From an uncultured Bacteroidota bacterium (GTDB taxonomy: Bacteria > Bacteroidota > Bacteroidia > NS11-12g > UBA9320): a stretch of 27,980 bases of DNA. Position 1 is the stretch's first letter; the number at the start of each line of letters is the position of its first letter. Of the stretch, positions 8,722-16,322 are shown piece by piece. The translations under genes were made by a program, and so were the position numbers. The notes beneath the pieces are model-generated. The model did no database searches, was not told the DNA's origin, and saw only the letters and a list, made by a program, of their open reading frames with translations. The stretch spans positions 1 to 27,980 of the forward strand of contig CAJXLR010000001.1 in assembly GCA_913056425.1 (NCBI GenBank). The letters run 5' to 3'.

Positions 8722-9162
8722 CAACCCATTAACCGCTTTCATCAAGTCAGTTTGGGTTAAGAGCCCAATGAGTTTACCGTCTTCAACCACCGGGAATCTG
8801 CGGTAACGCTGGGCAAGGAAGAAATGAGCCGCATCGAGGATGGTTACGTTAGATGAGATAGTTGTCACCTCTGTGGTCATGTAATCTCCTACGGTTCCTG
8901 TAATGTTCAGTCCGTTGTGATAACGACCTCATACAATTTCCTTCAAGCAGTCACCCTCAGACAAGACACCAACCAACTCATTGTTGTCGTCTACCACAGG
9001 AGCACCGGAGATTCGGTTATTTAACAGAATCTGCATTGCTCCATAAATGGACATATCTGGGTTTAAGGTGATGACGTTTTTCGTCATGTGGTCGGCAACC
9101 GTTTGATTTACACCTTTCTCTTTTTCTGCTACACTTATTACTCCTTGAAAACTTTTTACCAT
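8719..9162 (-). pseudogene. CBS-pair protein (147 aa if read through) interrupted by an in-frame TGA at codon 78 (8929-8931)
   Basis: The frame continues after EIV* as GRYHNGLNITGTVGDYMTTEVTTISSNVTILDAAHFFLAQRYRRFPVVEDGKLIGLLTQTDLMKAVNGL-TAG. This is a complete second CBS domain. Confidence 0.85.
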
Positions 9163-9252
9163 AGCAATGAAGATTCGGCTTTTTCGTTACATTACAATAC
9201 TGTGACAGTAAAAATCGTCCTCATTGAGCGGTCACCAACGGTAATTTGAGCA

Positions 9253-9292
9253 CATTGAATCATAGCTTCATTGAATCATTAACTCATTGATT
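9253..9292 (+). repeat. Octamer tandem repeat upstream of the GH3 gene
   Basis: CATTGAAT CATAGCTT CATTGAAT CATTAACT CATTGATT. Confidence 0.7.
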
Positions 9293-9308
9293 TACGTATC
9301 TTGCATCC

Positions 9309-10853
9309 GTGTCGGATAAGGACAAGAGATACAAGAAACTGATTGAGCGTTCAAAGAACGTGGGTCTCAATCTCAACATGCCTGTAAGCAGAGCTAAGGA
9401 ATACCAGATGCGTACCTTGAAACGCTTAATTAACAAGGCGAAGCACACGGAGTTTGGCAAGTACTATAATTTCGATCAAATCCTTCAATCCAACAATGTT
9501 TATCAAGCGTTCAGAGACGCTATACCGGCTGGTGATTATTTGAAAATGGCGCCCTGGTGGGAAAAAGCCCGCACCGGTGCAGAAGACATTACATGGCCTG
9601 GGAAAATCAAGCATTTTGCGCTAAGCTCGGGAACCAGTGATGGTGCGAGTAAGTACATTCCGGTCTCACCGGAAATGGTTCGCGCGATAAGACGAGCGAG
9701 CATGCGTCAGGTGTTAGCCATTGCACGGACAGACATGCCCAAAGATCATATGACCAAGCACTGGCTAATGATTGGAGGTAGTACCTCACTCAACTATAAT
9801 GGCGTATATTATGCAGGTGACTTGAGTGGGATTACAACCAGCAAGATTCCACCCATTTTCGAACGTGTTTCCAAACCCGATCCCGGCATCCGTGCAAGCA
9901 ACAACTGGGAAGAGAAAATTGAACGTATCACAGCAGAAGCCGACAAGTGGGATGTGAGTATGGTGGCCGGGGTTCCCGCATGGATACAGCTACTGTTTCA
10001 AAACATCATTGAACGTTATAACCTAAATAACATCCACGATCTATGGCCTAACTTGGAGGTATACATTCATGGCGGGGTATCAATAAAACCGTATAAAGAA
10101 GGCCTTGACTCACTGTTGGGTAGGCCCATAAAATATTTCGAAACGTATTTAGCATCTGAGGGTTTTATGGCGTTTCAGAATAGACAGAACAATAACGGTG
10201 GGATGCGCATGTTGCTGCGGAATGGGATTTTTCATGAGTTTATACCTTTTAATGAGGAGAACTTCGACGAGAACTACCAAGTAAAACCGGATGCTAAAGC
10301 CATTCCGATATGGGAGGTTGAGGAAGGTGTTGACTATGCTCTCCTCATATCTACCTGCTCCGGTGCATGGCGATATTTAATTGGAGACACCGTTCGGTTT
10401 GTGAATGTAAAGCGAAAGGAAATCATCATTACGGGTAGGACAAAACACTTCTTAAGTGTGGTGGGTGAGCACTTGAGCGTGGACAACATGACCGAAGCAG
10501 TTCGAAGATTGGCACAAGACCTGAACGAACAGTTTGAGGAGTTTACAGTGTACGCCGAAAATCGAGACGGCTACTTTGGGCACGTCTGGTACATATCAAC
10601 ACACAATAAAGAATTACAAGGTGAGCTGGAATCGGGCAAGCTCGACAATCACCTCAAAGAATTGAACGATGATTACGCAGTTGAGCGGGATCATGCTCTT
10701 CGTTTTATCGAGGTAAACTTCGTACCACACCATGTATTCTTGGACTGGATGCGGGTGAATGGCAAAGAAGGATCGCAACACAAGTTTCCTCGAGTTCTTA
10801 AAGGAGACACATTGACAAACTGGAAGGAGTTTGTGGCCAATAATGAATTATGA
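9309..10853 (+). CDS. GH3 auxin-responsive-promoter family protein (ANL-type adenylating enzyme)
   Basis: FALSSGTSDGASKYIP P-loop, YLASEG, WRYLIGDTV and C-terminal QHKFPR. GTG start. Confidence 0.9.
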   Translation: MSDKDKRYKKLIERSKNVGLNLNMPVSRAKEYQMRTLKRLINKAKHTEFGKYYNFDQILQSNNVYQAFRDAIPAGDYLKMAPWWEKARTGAEDITWPGKIKHFALSSGTSDGASKYIPVSPEMVRAIRRASMRQVLAIARTDMPKDHMTKHWLMIGGSTSLNYNGVYYAGDLSGITTSKIPPIFERVSKPDPGIRASNNWEEKIERITAEADKWDVSMVAGVPAWIQLLFQNIIERYNLNNIHDLWPNLEVYIHGGVSIKPYKEGLDSLLGRPIKYFETYLASEGFMAFQNRQNNNGGMRMLLRNGIFHEFIPFNEENFDENYQVKPDAKAIPIWEVEEGVDYALLISTCSGAWRYLIGDTVRFVNVKRKEIIITGRTKHFLSVVGEHLSVDNMTEAVRRLAQDLNEQFEEFTVYAENRDGYFGHVWYISTHNKELQGELESGKLDNHLKELNDDYAVERDHALRFIEVNFVPHHVFLDWMRVNGKEGSQHKFPRVLKGDTLTNWKEFVANNEL

Positions 10854-10864
10854 ATGTCCAACAT

Positions 10865-10884
10865 CCTGTCTGTCGACAGGCAGG
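10865..10884. repeat. 20-nt REP-like palindrome
   Basis: CCTGTCTGTC|GACAGGCAGG, an inverted repeat with one mismatch (G-T wobble). Confidence 0.75.
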
Positions 10885-10907
10885 CCAATGCTCAAGTGAT
10901 TAAATTG

Positions 10908-10943
10908 GACATTGAGCGTTGAGTATTCGACATTGGAAATTGA
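10908..10943 (+). repeat. Heptamer array, left copy
   Basis: GACATTG AGCGTTG AGTATTC GACATTG GAAATTG. It shares the exact 19-mer ATTCGACATTGGAAATTGA with 11129-11147. Confidence 0.75.
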
Positions 10944-10967
10944 CCCAGGCACATCATTTTCCGCATA

Positions 10968-11101
10968 CGTCATTCTTAGGAAGTGACTTGTCTGCCTGTT
11001 GGCAGAGGGTAGGAACGACCGAAGAATCTTCGGAATACATCGGTATCCTTTTGGAAGATTCTTCACCATCCTTGCTATCGCGACGGAGGTTCAGAATGAC
11101 G
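10968..11101. repeat. 134-bp CGTC-terminated nested-palindrome REP/MITE-like element
   Basis: Outer IR CGTCATTCT (10968-10976) / AGAATGACG (11093-11101); inner IR GAAGAATCTTC (11021-11031) / GAAGATTCTTC (11054-11064); small hairpin TCTGCC-tgtt-GGCAGA (10991-11006). Confidence 0.8.
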
Positions 11102-11111
11102 TCAGGGACTG

Positions 11112-11147
11112 AAAATTGAGCATTGCACATTCGACATTGGAAATTGA
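11112..11147 (+). repeat. Heptamer array, right copy
   Basis: AAAATTG AGCATTG CACATTC GACATTG GAAATTG. Confidence 0.75.
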
Positions 11148-11156
11148 ACAGCTGTC

Positions 11157-12149
11157 CTAATCAATAGCAGGTTCTAACTCAACCGTCTTAAGTTCTTCAA
11201 AGATTTCTCGAACAAGGTGTTCTTCATCTGCTGTGACTAATCGAGTTCGATAGGGTTTGAAGTGCGGAATCCCTTTAAAGTAATTCGCATAATGTCGTCG
11301 CATCTCAACAATACCAAGACGCTCGCCTTTCCACTCAATAGACTTATCAAAATGGATCATGCATGCTTCCAAACGCTCTTCAAAACTCGGTGGAGCTAGT
11401 TTCTCGCCGGTGTTCATGTAGTGCTTGATTTCATTAAAAACCCATGGATATCCAATTGATGCTCGACCAATCATTACCCCATCCACACCATATCGGTTAC
11501 GCATCTCTACCGCTTTCTCAGGAGAGTCTACATCACCATTACCAAATACCGGAATATTGATTCTTGGATTGTTCTTTACCTCACCTATTAAGGTCCAGTC
11601 AGCTTCCCCTTTATACATCTGTTTGCGGGTACGCCCGTGTATTGAAATGGCTTTAATACCAACGTCTTGAAGTCTTTCAGCAACCTCAACAATGTACTTC
11701 GTTTTATCGTCCCAGCCGAGCCGAGTCTTAACAGTAACCGGCAAACTCGTACTCTTTACAATTTCAGCCGTCATTTCAACCATCTTTGGAATATCCTGCA
11801 GAATTCCGGCACCGGCACCTTTACAGGCTACCTTCTTAACGGGACAACCGTAATTGATATCGATTATGTCCGGATTAGCTTGCTCAGTAATTTCCGTTGC
11901 TTCGCGCATAGACTCAATTTCGCTACCAAAAATCTGAATCCCAATAGGCCTCTCATATTCGAATATGTCGAGTTTTTGAGTGCTTTTAACGGCATCGCGA
12001 ATCAAGCCTTCAGAAGAGATGAACTCGGTGTACATGACGTCTGCCCCATACTTCTTACATAAGTAACGAAACGGGGGGTCTGAAACATCCTCCATTGGAG
12101 CAAGCAACAATGGGAACTCACCAAGCTCTATATCCGCGATTTTTACCAC
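11157..12149 (-). CDS. dusB: tRNA-dihydrouridine synthase DusB
   Basis: LAPMED, IDINYGCPVKKV, VTVKTRLGW, IHGRT, GNGD, GVMIGR. Confidence 0.95.
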   Translation of the reverse strand: MVKIADIELGEFPLLLAPMEDVSDPPFRYLCKKYGADVMYTEFISSEGLIRDAVKSTQKLDIFEYERPIGIQIFGSEIESMREATEITEQANPDIIDINYGCPVKKVACKGAGAGILQDIPKMVEMTAEIVKSTSLPVTVKTRLGWDDKTKYIVEVAERLQDVGIKAISIHGRTRKQMYKGEADWTLIGEVKNNPRINIPVFGNGDVDSPEKAVEMRNRYGVDGVMIGRASIGYPWVFNEIKHYMNTGEKLAPPSFEERLEACMIHFDKSIEWKGERLGIVEMRRHYANYFKGIPHFKPYRTRLVTADEEHLVREIFEELKTVELEPAID

Positions 12150-12154
12150 CTTTG

Positions 12155-12162
12155 CAAAGATA
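12155..12162 (-). promoter_or_regulatory. -7 box (TATCTTTG) 5 nt upstream of the dusB GTG, within a compact divergent promoter
   Basis: Exact TAnnTTTG match. A near match CACCTTTG (12147-12154, + strand) faces the CPBP gene. Confidence 0.6.
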
Positions 12163-12169
12163 CTTCAAT

Positions 12170-13087
12170 ATGAAGAACACGCTGCAAAGCCGATTGTTAG
12201 GCATATCCCATTTTTTCATTGCATTGGGACTTTTCTTGGTCTCGATAATGGTACTCCAGAGTATCGCCTCAAATGTGGTACAGTCTGTTTTTGGACTAGA
12301 CTTAGCGACCATTGAAAAGGTGAAAGCGGAAGATCTTACAGTTAGTCAATTGTACGGTTTAAAAGTTTATCTGTTGTCCAACGGACTATCCTTCGTACTG
12401 GCAGCTTGGGCATGTACAAGGTTTTACCGAAAGAAGCTTGGCCAGTTTACCGGCTTATCCAACCGCCCTTCAAAATTTGCTCTCCTCGCAGCTATGGCAA
12501 TCATATTTCTCGCCATGCCGATTACGGATGTGTTACTCCGACTTAATGACGCTCTTCCGGTAAGTGAGCGTTTTAGAGAGAGTATGCAAGAGTTGGACGA
12601 TAAGAGCAACCACCTCTATGGTCTAATGCTTCATGCAAACACAGGTTTAGGTTTGATTGCTAACATATTAATTGTTGGACTTGCGGCTGCCATTGGGGAA
12701 GAGTTGTTTTTCCGCGGAATCTTGCTTCGTGTGATTGCAAATTCATCGCAAAACAATCATACGGCTGTGTGGATATCCTCCATCGCTTTCGCACTGTTCC
12801 ATCTACAGCCACTTAAAATCGTACCAATGGTTTTCTTGGCCGTTCTACTCGGTTATTTATATGTTAGAACCGGTTCTCTTTGGGTCACCATCCTAGTACA
12901 TGCTCTAAACAATTCTATTGTTGTAATCTTGGATTGGTCTACCAAAATGGGTTACAATTGGGCAATTGCCTCAGAGGATTTTAAGTTCAGTCCTTTTGTA
13001 ATCGCTGCAGCTTCTGCTGCATTCATTGGAGTATTTATACTATTTTGGCGTCGATCAAACGAAATCGATTTTAGTTACGATGTCTAA
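12170..13087 (+). CDS. CPBP (Abi/CAAX) family intramembrane glutamic endopeptidase
   Basis: GEELFFRG, FALFH, HALNN motifs and multiple TM segments. Start corrected to ATG 12170. Confidence 0.9.
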   Translation: MKNTLQSRLLGISHFFIALGLFLVSIMVLQSIASNVVQSVFGLDLATIEKVKAEDLTVSQLYGLKVYLLSNGLSFVLAAWACTRFYRKKLGQFTGLSNRPSKFALLAAMAIIFLAMPITDVLLRLNDALPVSERFRESMQELDDKSNHLYGLMLHANTGLGLIANILIVGLAAAIGEELFFRGILLRVIANSSQNNHTAVWISSIAFALFHLQPLKIVPMVFLAVLLGYLYVRTGSLWVTILVHALNNSIVVILDWSTKMGYNWAIASEDFKFSPFVIAAASAAFIGVFILFWRRSNEIDFSYDV

Positions 13088-13937
13088 CCTCAAATCAAGA
13101 ATTCTTGTTGGAAGTGCGTATGTGGTGCTCACTATTGCGTGTCTGTTATTTGATATCGGGAGTGGGATATTGTACTTAGGCATAGCACAACTGCTGTGCT
13201 TGAACGAGTTTTACCGACTCACCGTTTCCAATTATTCTATCAAAAAGGGAGTTTTTGGGTTGATAGTTGGATGTGCAGTAATGATTCTTGTTTATGGTAA
13301 TCAAGATGATGTGATTTCGCTGGGCCGTCTCAATTACCTCATCATACCGATTATACTTGTCTATCTCATATCCACCTTGTACAACAAGTCGGATTCCTGG
13401 ATTTCTGATATCACTGCTTCCGGTTTTGGTTGGATTTATATTTCAGCTTCGTTTGGGTTATTTCTACGATTGGGCAATGTGGTTCTTCCGGGTGATAAAT
13501 TCTCTTTACTCCCATATAATGGCAGATTGCTCCTTAGCGTGTTCATCTTGGTATGGGTATACGACACATTTGCCTACTTGACCGGTAAGCGTTTTGGAAA
13601 AACAAAACTCGCTTCACAGATATCACCCAAGAAAACTGTGGAAGGGCTTCTAGGAGGTATAGTTTTTACCATGGGGGCCTCGCTATTACTCAGCAATTGG
13701 TTCAAAGGTATTGGCATGGAACACCTAATGATTCTCGGTGCAATCTGCGCTATTGTTGGAACTGCGGGTGATTTATTTGAGTCAAGACTAAAGAGAAGTA
13801 TAGGCATTAAAGATTCTGGAAATGCGTTAGGAGGTCATGGTGGATTCCTAGATCGCATGGACTCTATTTTGTTTGCAGGTCCGGCCAGCTACTTCTACTT
13901 TGTATACGTAGTGTTCGAACACCCAATTTTGTGGTAA
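13080..13937 (+). CDS. cdsA: Phosphatidate cytidylyltransferase
   Basis: WVYDTFAYLTG, ISPKKTVEG, GDLFESRLKRSIGIKDSG, GHGGFLDRMDS. Start corrected to ATG 13080, an 8-nt overlap with CPBP. Confidence 0.93.
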   Translation: MSNLKSRILVGSAYVVLTIACLLFDIGSGILYLGIAQLLCLNEFYRLTVSNYSIKKGVFGLIVGCAVMILVYGNQDDVISLGRLNYLIIPIILVYLISTLYNKSDSWISDITASGFGWIYISASFGLFLRLGNVVLPGDKFSLLPYNGRLLLSVFILVWVYDTFAYLTGKRFGKTKLASQISPKKTVEGLLGGIVFTMGASLLLSNWFKGIGMEHLMILGAICAIVGTAGDLFESRLKRSIGIKDSGNALGGHGGFLDRMDSILFAGPASYFYFVYVVFEHPILW

Positions 13938-13978
13938 AAAAACTCCTCATCCCTTGGTTTGCTGCCAATTTTATTGAA

Positions 13979-13986
13979 TAGCTTTG
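13979..13986 (+). promoter_or_regulatory. -7 box (TAGCTTTG) for gdhA-psd
   Basis: Exact TAnnTTTG match, with TTTG at 13958-13961 as a possible -33 element. Confidence 0.6.
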
Positions 13987-14008
13987 CTTTAAATAATTAT
14001 TAACTCGA

Positions 14009-15289
14009 ATGACTTCGCGTTACAAAGAACCTGCACCCATTAAAGACCATCTGAATCCTTTGGATTCAATGATGGAGCGCTTCTCGGAAGCAACCAGCAT
14101 CCTCGGTTTAGACGATGCTACGTACGACGCCCTAAAATCACCTGAAAAAACTGTTACGGTTAACCTGCCAATTAGCATGGATGACGGCAGTGTTCGTGTG
14201 TTTGAAGGTCACCGTGTGATACACTCAGCGAACCTTGGACCATCAAAAGGTGGAATCCGTTACTCCATGGGTGTTACCCTCGATGAGGTGAAGGCTCTTG
14301 CAGCTTGGATGACTTGGAAATGTGCCGTTGTTGGAATTCCTTACGGTGGTGCCAAAGGTGGCATTAAATGCGATCCACGTGAGTTAAGTAGAGGAGAGCT
14401 CGAGCGTCTTACACGTGCATATACCAATGCGATGAGTACTGTGTTTGGTCCGGAGCGAGACATCCCGGCTCCTGACGTAGGAACGAACCCACAAATCATG
14501 GCTTGGATTATGGATGAATACTCGAAGTTGAAGGGAGTAAGTAGCCCAGCTGTGGTTACAGGAAAGCCCATAGTCTTGGGTGGTTCTCAAGGGCGATTAG
14601 AAGCAACCGGCCGTGGTGTTATGGTTTCTGCCAGATCAGCCATGGGTAAGTTGAAAATGAACCCGGGCAAGGCTACCGCAGCAGTTCAAGGTTTTGGTAA
14701 CGTTGGTTCGATCAGTGCCAAATTGCTAGAAGAACAAGGTGTAACCATAGTTGCTATATCTGACGTTTCGGGCGCCTATTACAATAAAGAGGGTATTGAC
14801 ATTGTCAATGCCATCAAATATGTAGAAAAGACCGGCGGGACGTTGGAGGGTTTCACCGATGGTGACATGATTACAAACGATGAGCTCCTGGAGTTAGACG
14901 TTGATGTATTAGTGCCGGCAGCACTTGAAGATCAAATCACGGCGGAAAATGCAGATCGCATAAAAGCGAGATTAATTGTGGAAGGAGCAAACGGGCCAAC
15001 CTCTTATGGGGCGGATAAAGTTCTCAACGATAAAGGCATTATGGTAATTCCGGACATTCTTGCAAATGCAGGTGGTGTATCGGTATCTTACTTCGAGTGG
15101 GTTCAAAACCGTTTGGGATACTTCTGGACAGAAGAACGTGTAAACCGTCGTGCAGATCGTATCATGAAGCAAGCGTTTGAAACAGTTTACAAGGCATCGA
15201 GAAAATATAAGGTTGATATGCGAATTGCGGCATATATCGTTGCCATCGATAAAGTAGCCAGCACAAAACGCCTTCGAGGCACATTCTAA
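14009..15289 (+). CDS. gdhA: Glutamate dehydrogenase (Glu/Leu/Phe/Val dehydrogenase family)
   Basis: GPSKGGIRY, WKCAV, YGGAKGG, DIPAPDVGT, QGFGNVG, EGANGP, NAGGVSVSYFEWVQN. Confidence 0.92.
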   Translation: MTSRYKEPAPIKDHLNPLDSMMERFSEATSILGLDDATYDALKSPEKTVTVNLPISMDDGSVRVFEGHRVIHSANLGPSKGGIRYSMGVTLDEVKALAAWMTWKCAVVGIPYGGAKGGIKCDPRELSRGELERLTRAYTNAMSTVFGPERDIPAPDVGTNPQIMAWIMDEYSKLKGVSSPAVVTGKPIVLGGSQGRLEATGRGVMVSARSAMGKLKMNPGKATAAVQGFGNVGSISAKLLEEQGVTIVAISDVSGAYYNKEGIDIVNAIKYVEKTGGTLEGFTDGDMITNDELLELDVDVLVPAALEDQITAENADRIKARLIVEGANGPTSYGADKVLNDKGIMVIPDILANAGGVSVSYFEWVQNRLGYFWTEERVNRRADRIMKQAFETVYKASRKYKVDMRIAAYIVAIDKVASTKRLRGTF

Positions 15290-15942
15290 TGATACACCGC
15301 GAAGGGTACACCATTCTCATAACGACGTTTGTCGTGCTTGCTGTAATCGTTTACTTGGTTTTTCGATTCTCAGATACTGCATGGCTTCGATACCTGATTG
15401 TTTTTGCTGCAGTAGTAGTCTTCGGGCTATTTACTCAATTCTTCCGTAACCCAGCACGAAATACAGTGCTTAATACAAATCATGTTATTGCCCCTGCAGA
15501 CGGGAAGGTGGTTGTGATTGAAAACGTAGAAGAGCCTGAGTATTTTAAAGGAACTAGAAAGCAGATCAGCATCTTCATGTCGCCTTTGAATGTTCACGTG
15601 AATCGCAACCCAATTTCAGGCGTTGTGAGCTATTTTAAGTATCACCCGGGCAAATACCTTGTTGCTTGGCATCCGAAGTCGTCTACCGACAACGAACGCA
15701 CTACAACGGTAATCAAGAATGATGATGGCGAAGAGATTCTTTTTCGTCAGATTGCAGGAGCTGTTGCACGTCGTATTTGCTATTATGTGGATACAGGTGA
15801 TACAGTAAAGCAAGGCGAGGAAATGGGCTTCATCAAATTCGGATCTCGTATTGATGTTTTCGTTCCGACTGACAGTAAAATAACGGTTGATATCGATCAA
15901 ATAACCCGTGGTGGTGAAACTGTTTTGGCGGAGCTGAAATAA
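15289..15942 (+). CDS. psd: Phosphatidylserine decarboxylase proenzyme (FGS type)
   Basis: FFRNP, APADGKV, IFMSPLNVHVNR, RQIAGAVARRI and the IKFGSR self-cleavage motif. TAATG overlap with gdhA. Confidence 0.93.
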   Translation: MIHREGYTILITTFVVLAVIVYLVFRFSDTAWLRYLIVFAAVVVFGLFTQFFRNPARNTVLNTNHVIAPADGKVVVIENVEEPEYFKGTRKQISIFMSPLNVHVNRNPISGVVSYFKYHPGKYLVAWHPKSSTDNERTTTVIKNDDGEEILFRQIAGAVARRICYYVDTGDTVKQGEEMGFIKFGSRIDVFVPTDSKITVDIDQITRGGETVLAELK

Positions 15943-15952
15943 ATGTTAATCA

Positions 15953-15983
15953 TTAACACAAACCGTTAACACAGACTGTTAAC
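15953..15983 (+). repeat. 13-bp tandem repeat containing TTAAC
   Basis: TTAACACAAACCG TTAACACAGACTG TTAAC. Confidence 0.6.
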
Positions 15984-16025
15984 TTTTACCTTGACTATCT
16001 TATTAATGAGTGAGCTTAGGTGAAA

Positions 16026-16074
16026 CACTCATCACTCCTAACTAAATACTCATTACTCTCCACTCATTACTTAT
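16026..16074 (+). repeat. Seven-unit heptamer array
   Basis: CACTCAT CACTCCT AACTAAA TACTCAT TACTCTC CACTCAT TACTTAT. Confidence 0.75.
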
Positions 16075-16306
16075 ACCGTTGTTCCATTTCATAGCGTTTA
16101 ATTGCTTCGGCAAGTTTGCCGCTATCCATGGCTTCCTTTAGGCTTTTGCTCATGGGGCCTCTCGATGTAACATGCCATTGCCCGCAATCGCCACATTGAT
16201 AGACTGCACCCGCATTGTTTGACGGAAAAATTACCTTGGTTTGGAACAAACCATCCTCAGCTTCTTTTTCTGAGTAGTAAATCTTTTTGCGCGTTGAGCA
16301 CTTCAT
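16067..16306 (-). CDS. Small hypothetical protein with a putative C-CxxC-H zinc finger, 79 aa
   Basis: MKC ... VYQCGDCGQWHVTS, followed by a charged helix. It starts 16 nt after the upstream gene's stop. Confidence 0.75.
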   Translation of the reverse strand: MKCSTRKKIYYSEKEAEDGLFQTKVIFPSNNAGAVYQCGDCGQWHVTSRGPMSKSLKEAMDSGKLAEAIKRYEMEQRYK

Positions 16307-16322
16307 TCATTGAATGATTGAT

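Noticed and set aside
8929-8931. Selenocysteine or genome-wide TGA reassignment at the CBS in-frame stop
   Set aside because: TGA ends other genes at natural C-termini (MBOAT FIYFQF, GH3, SprT-like, DksA). The position is not a Cys-equivalent redox site, and the hairpin starts too close to the TGA and lacks the G-led apical loop of a bacterial SECIS.
10848-11069. 73-aa and 66-aa ORFs (10848-11069 minus, 10919-11119 plus)
   Set aside because: They lie wholly over palindromic and heptamer repeats and show no protein motifs.
10925-11147. CRISPR array suggested by the 19-nt direct repeat
   Set aside because: There are only two copies, 185 nt apart. The repeat is part of a heptamer array and there are no cas genes.
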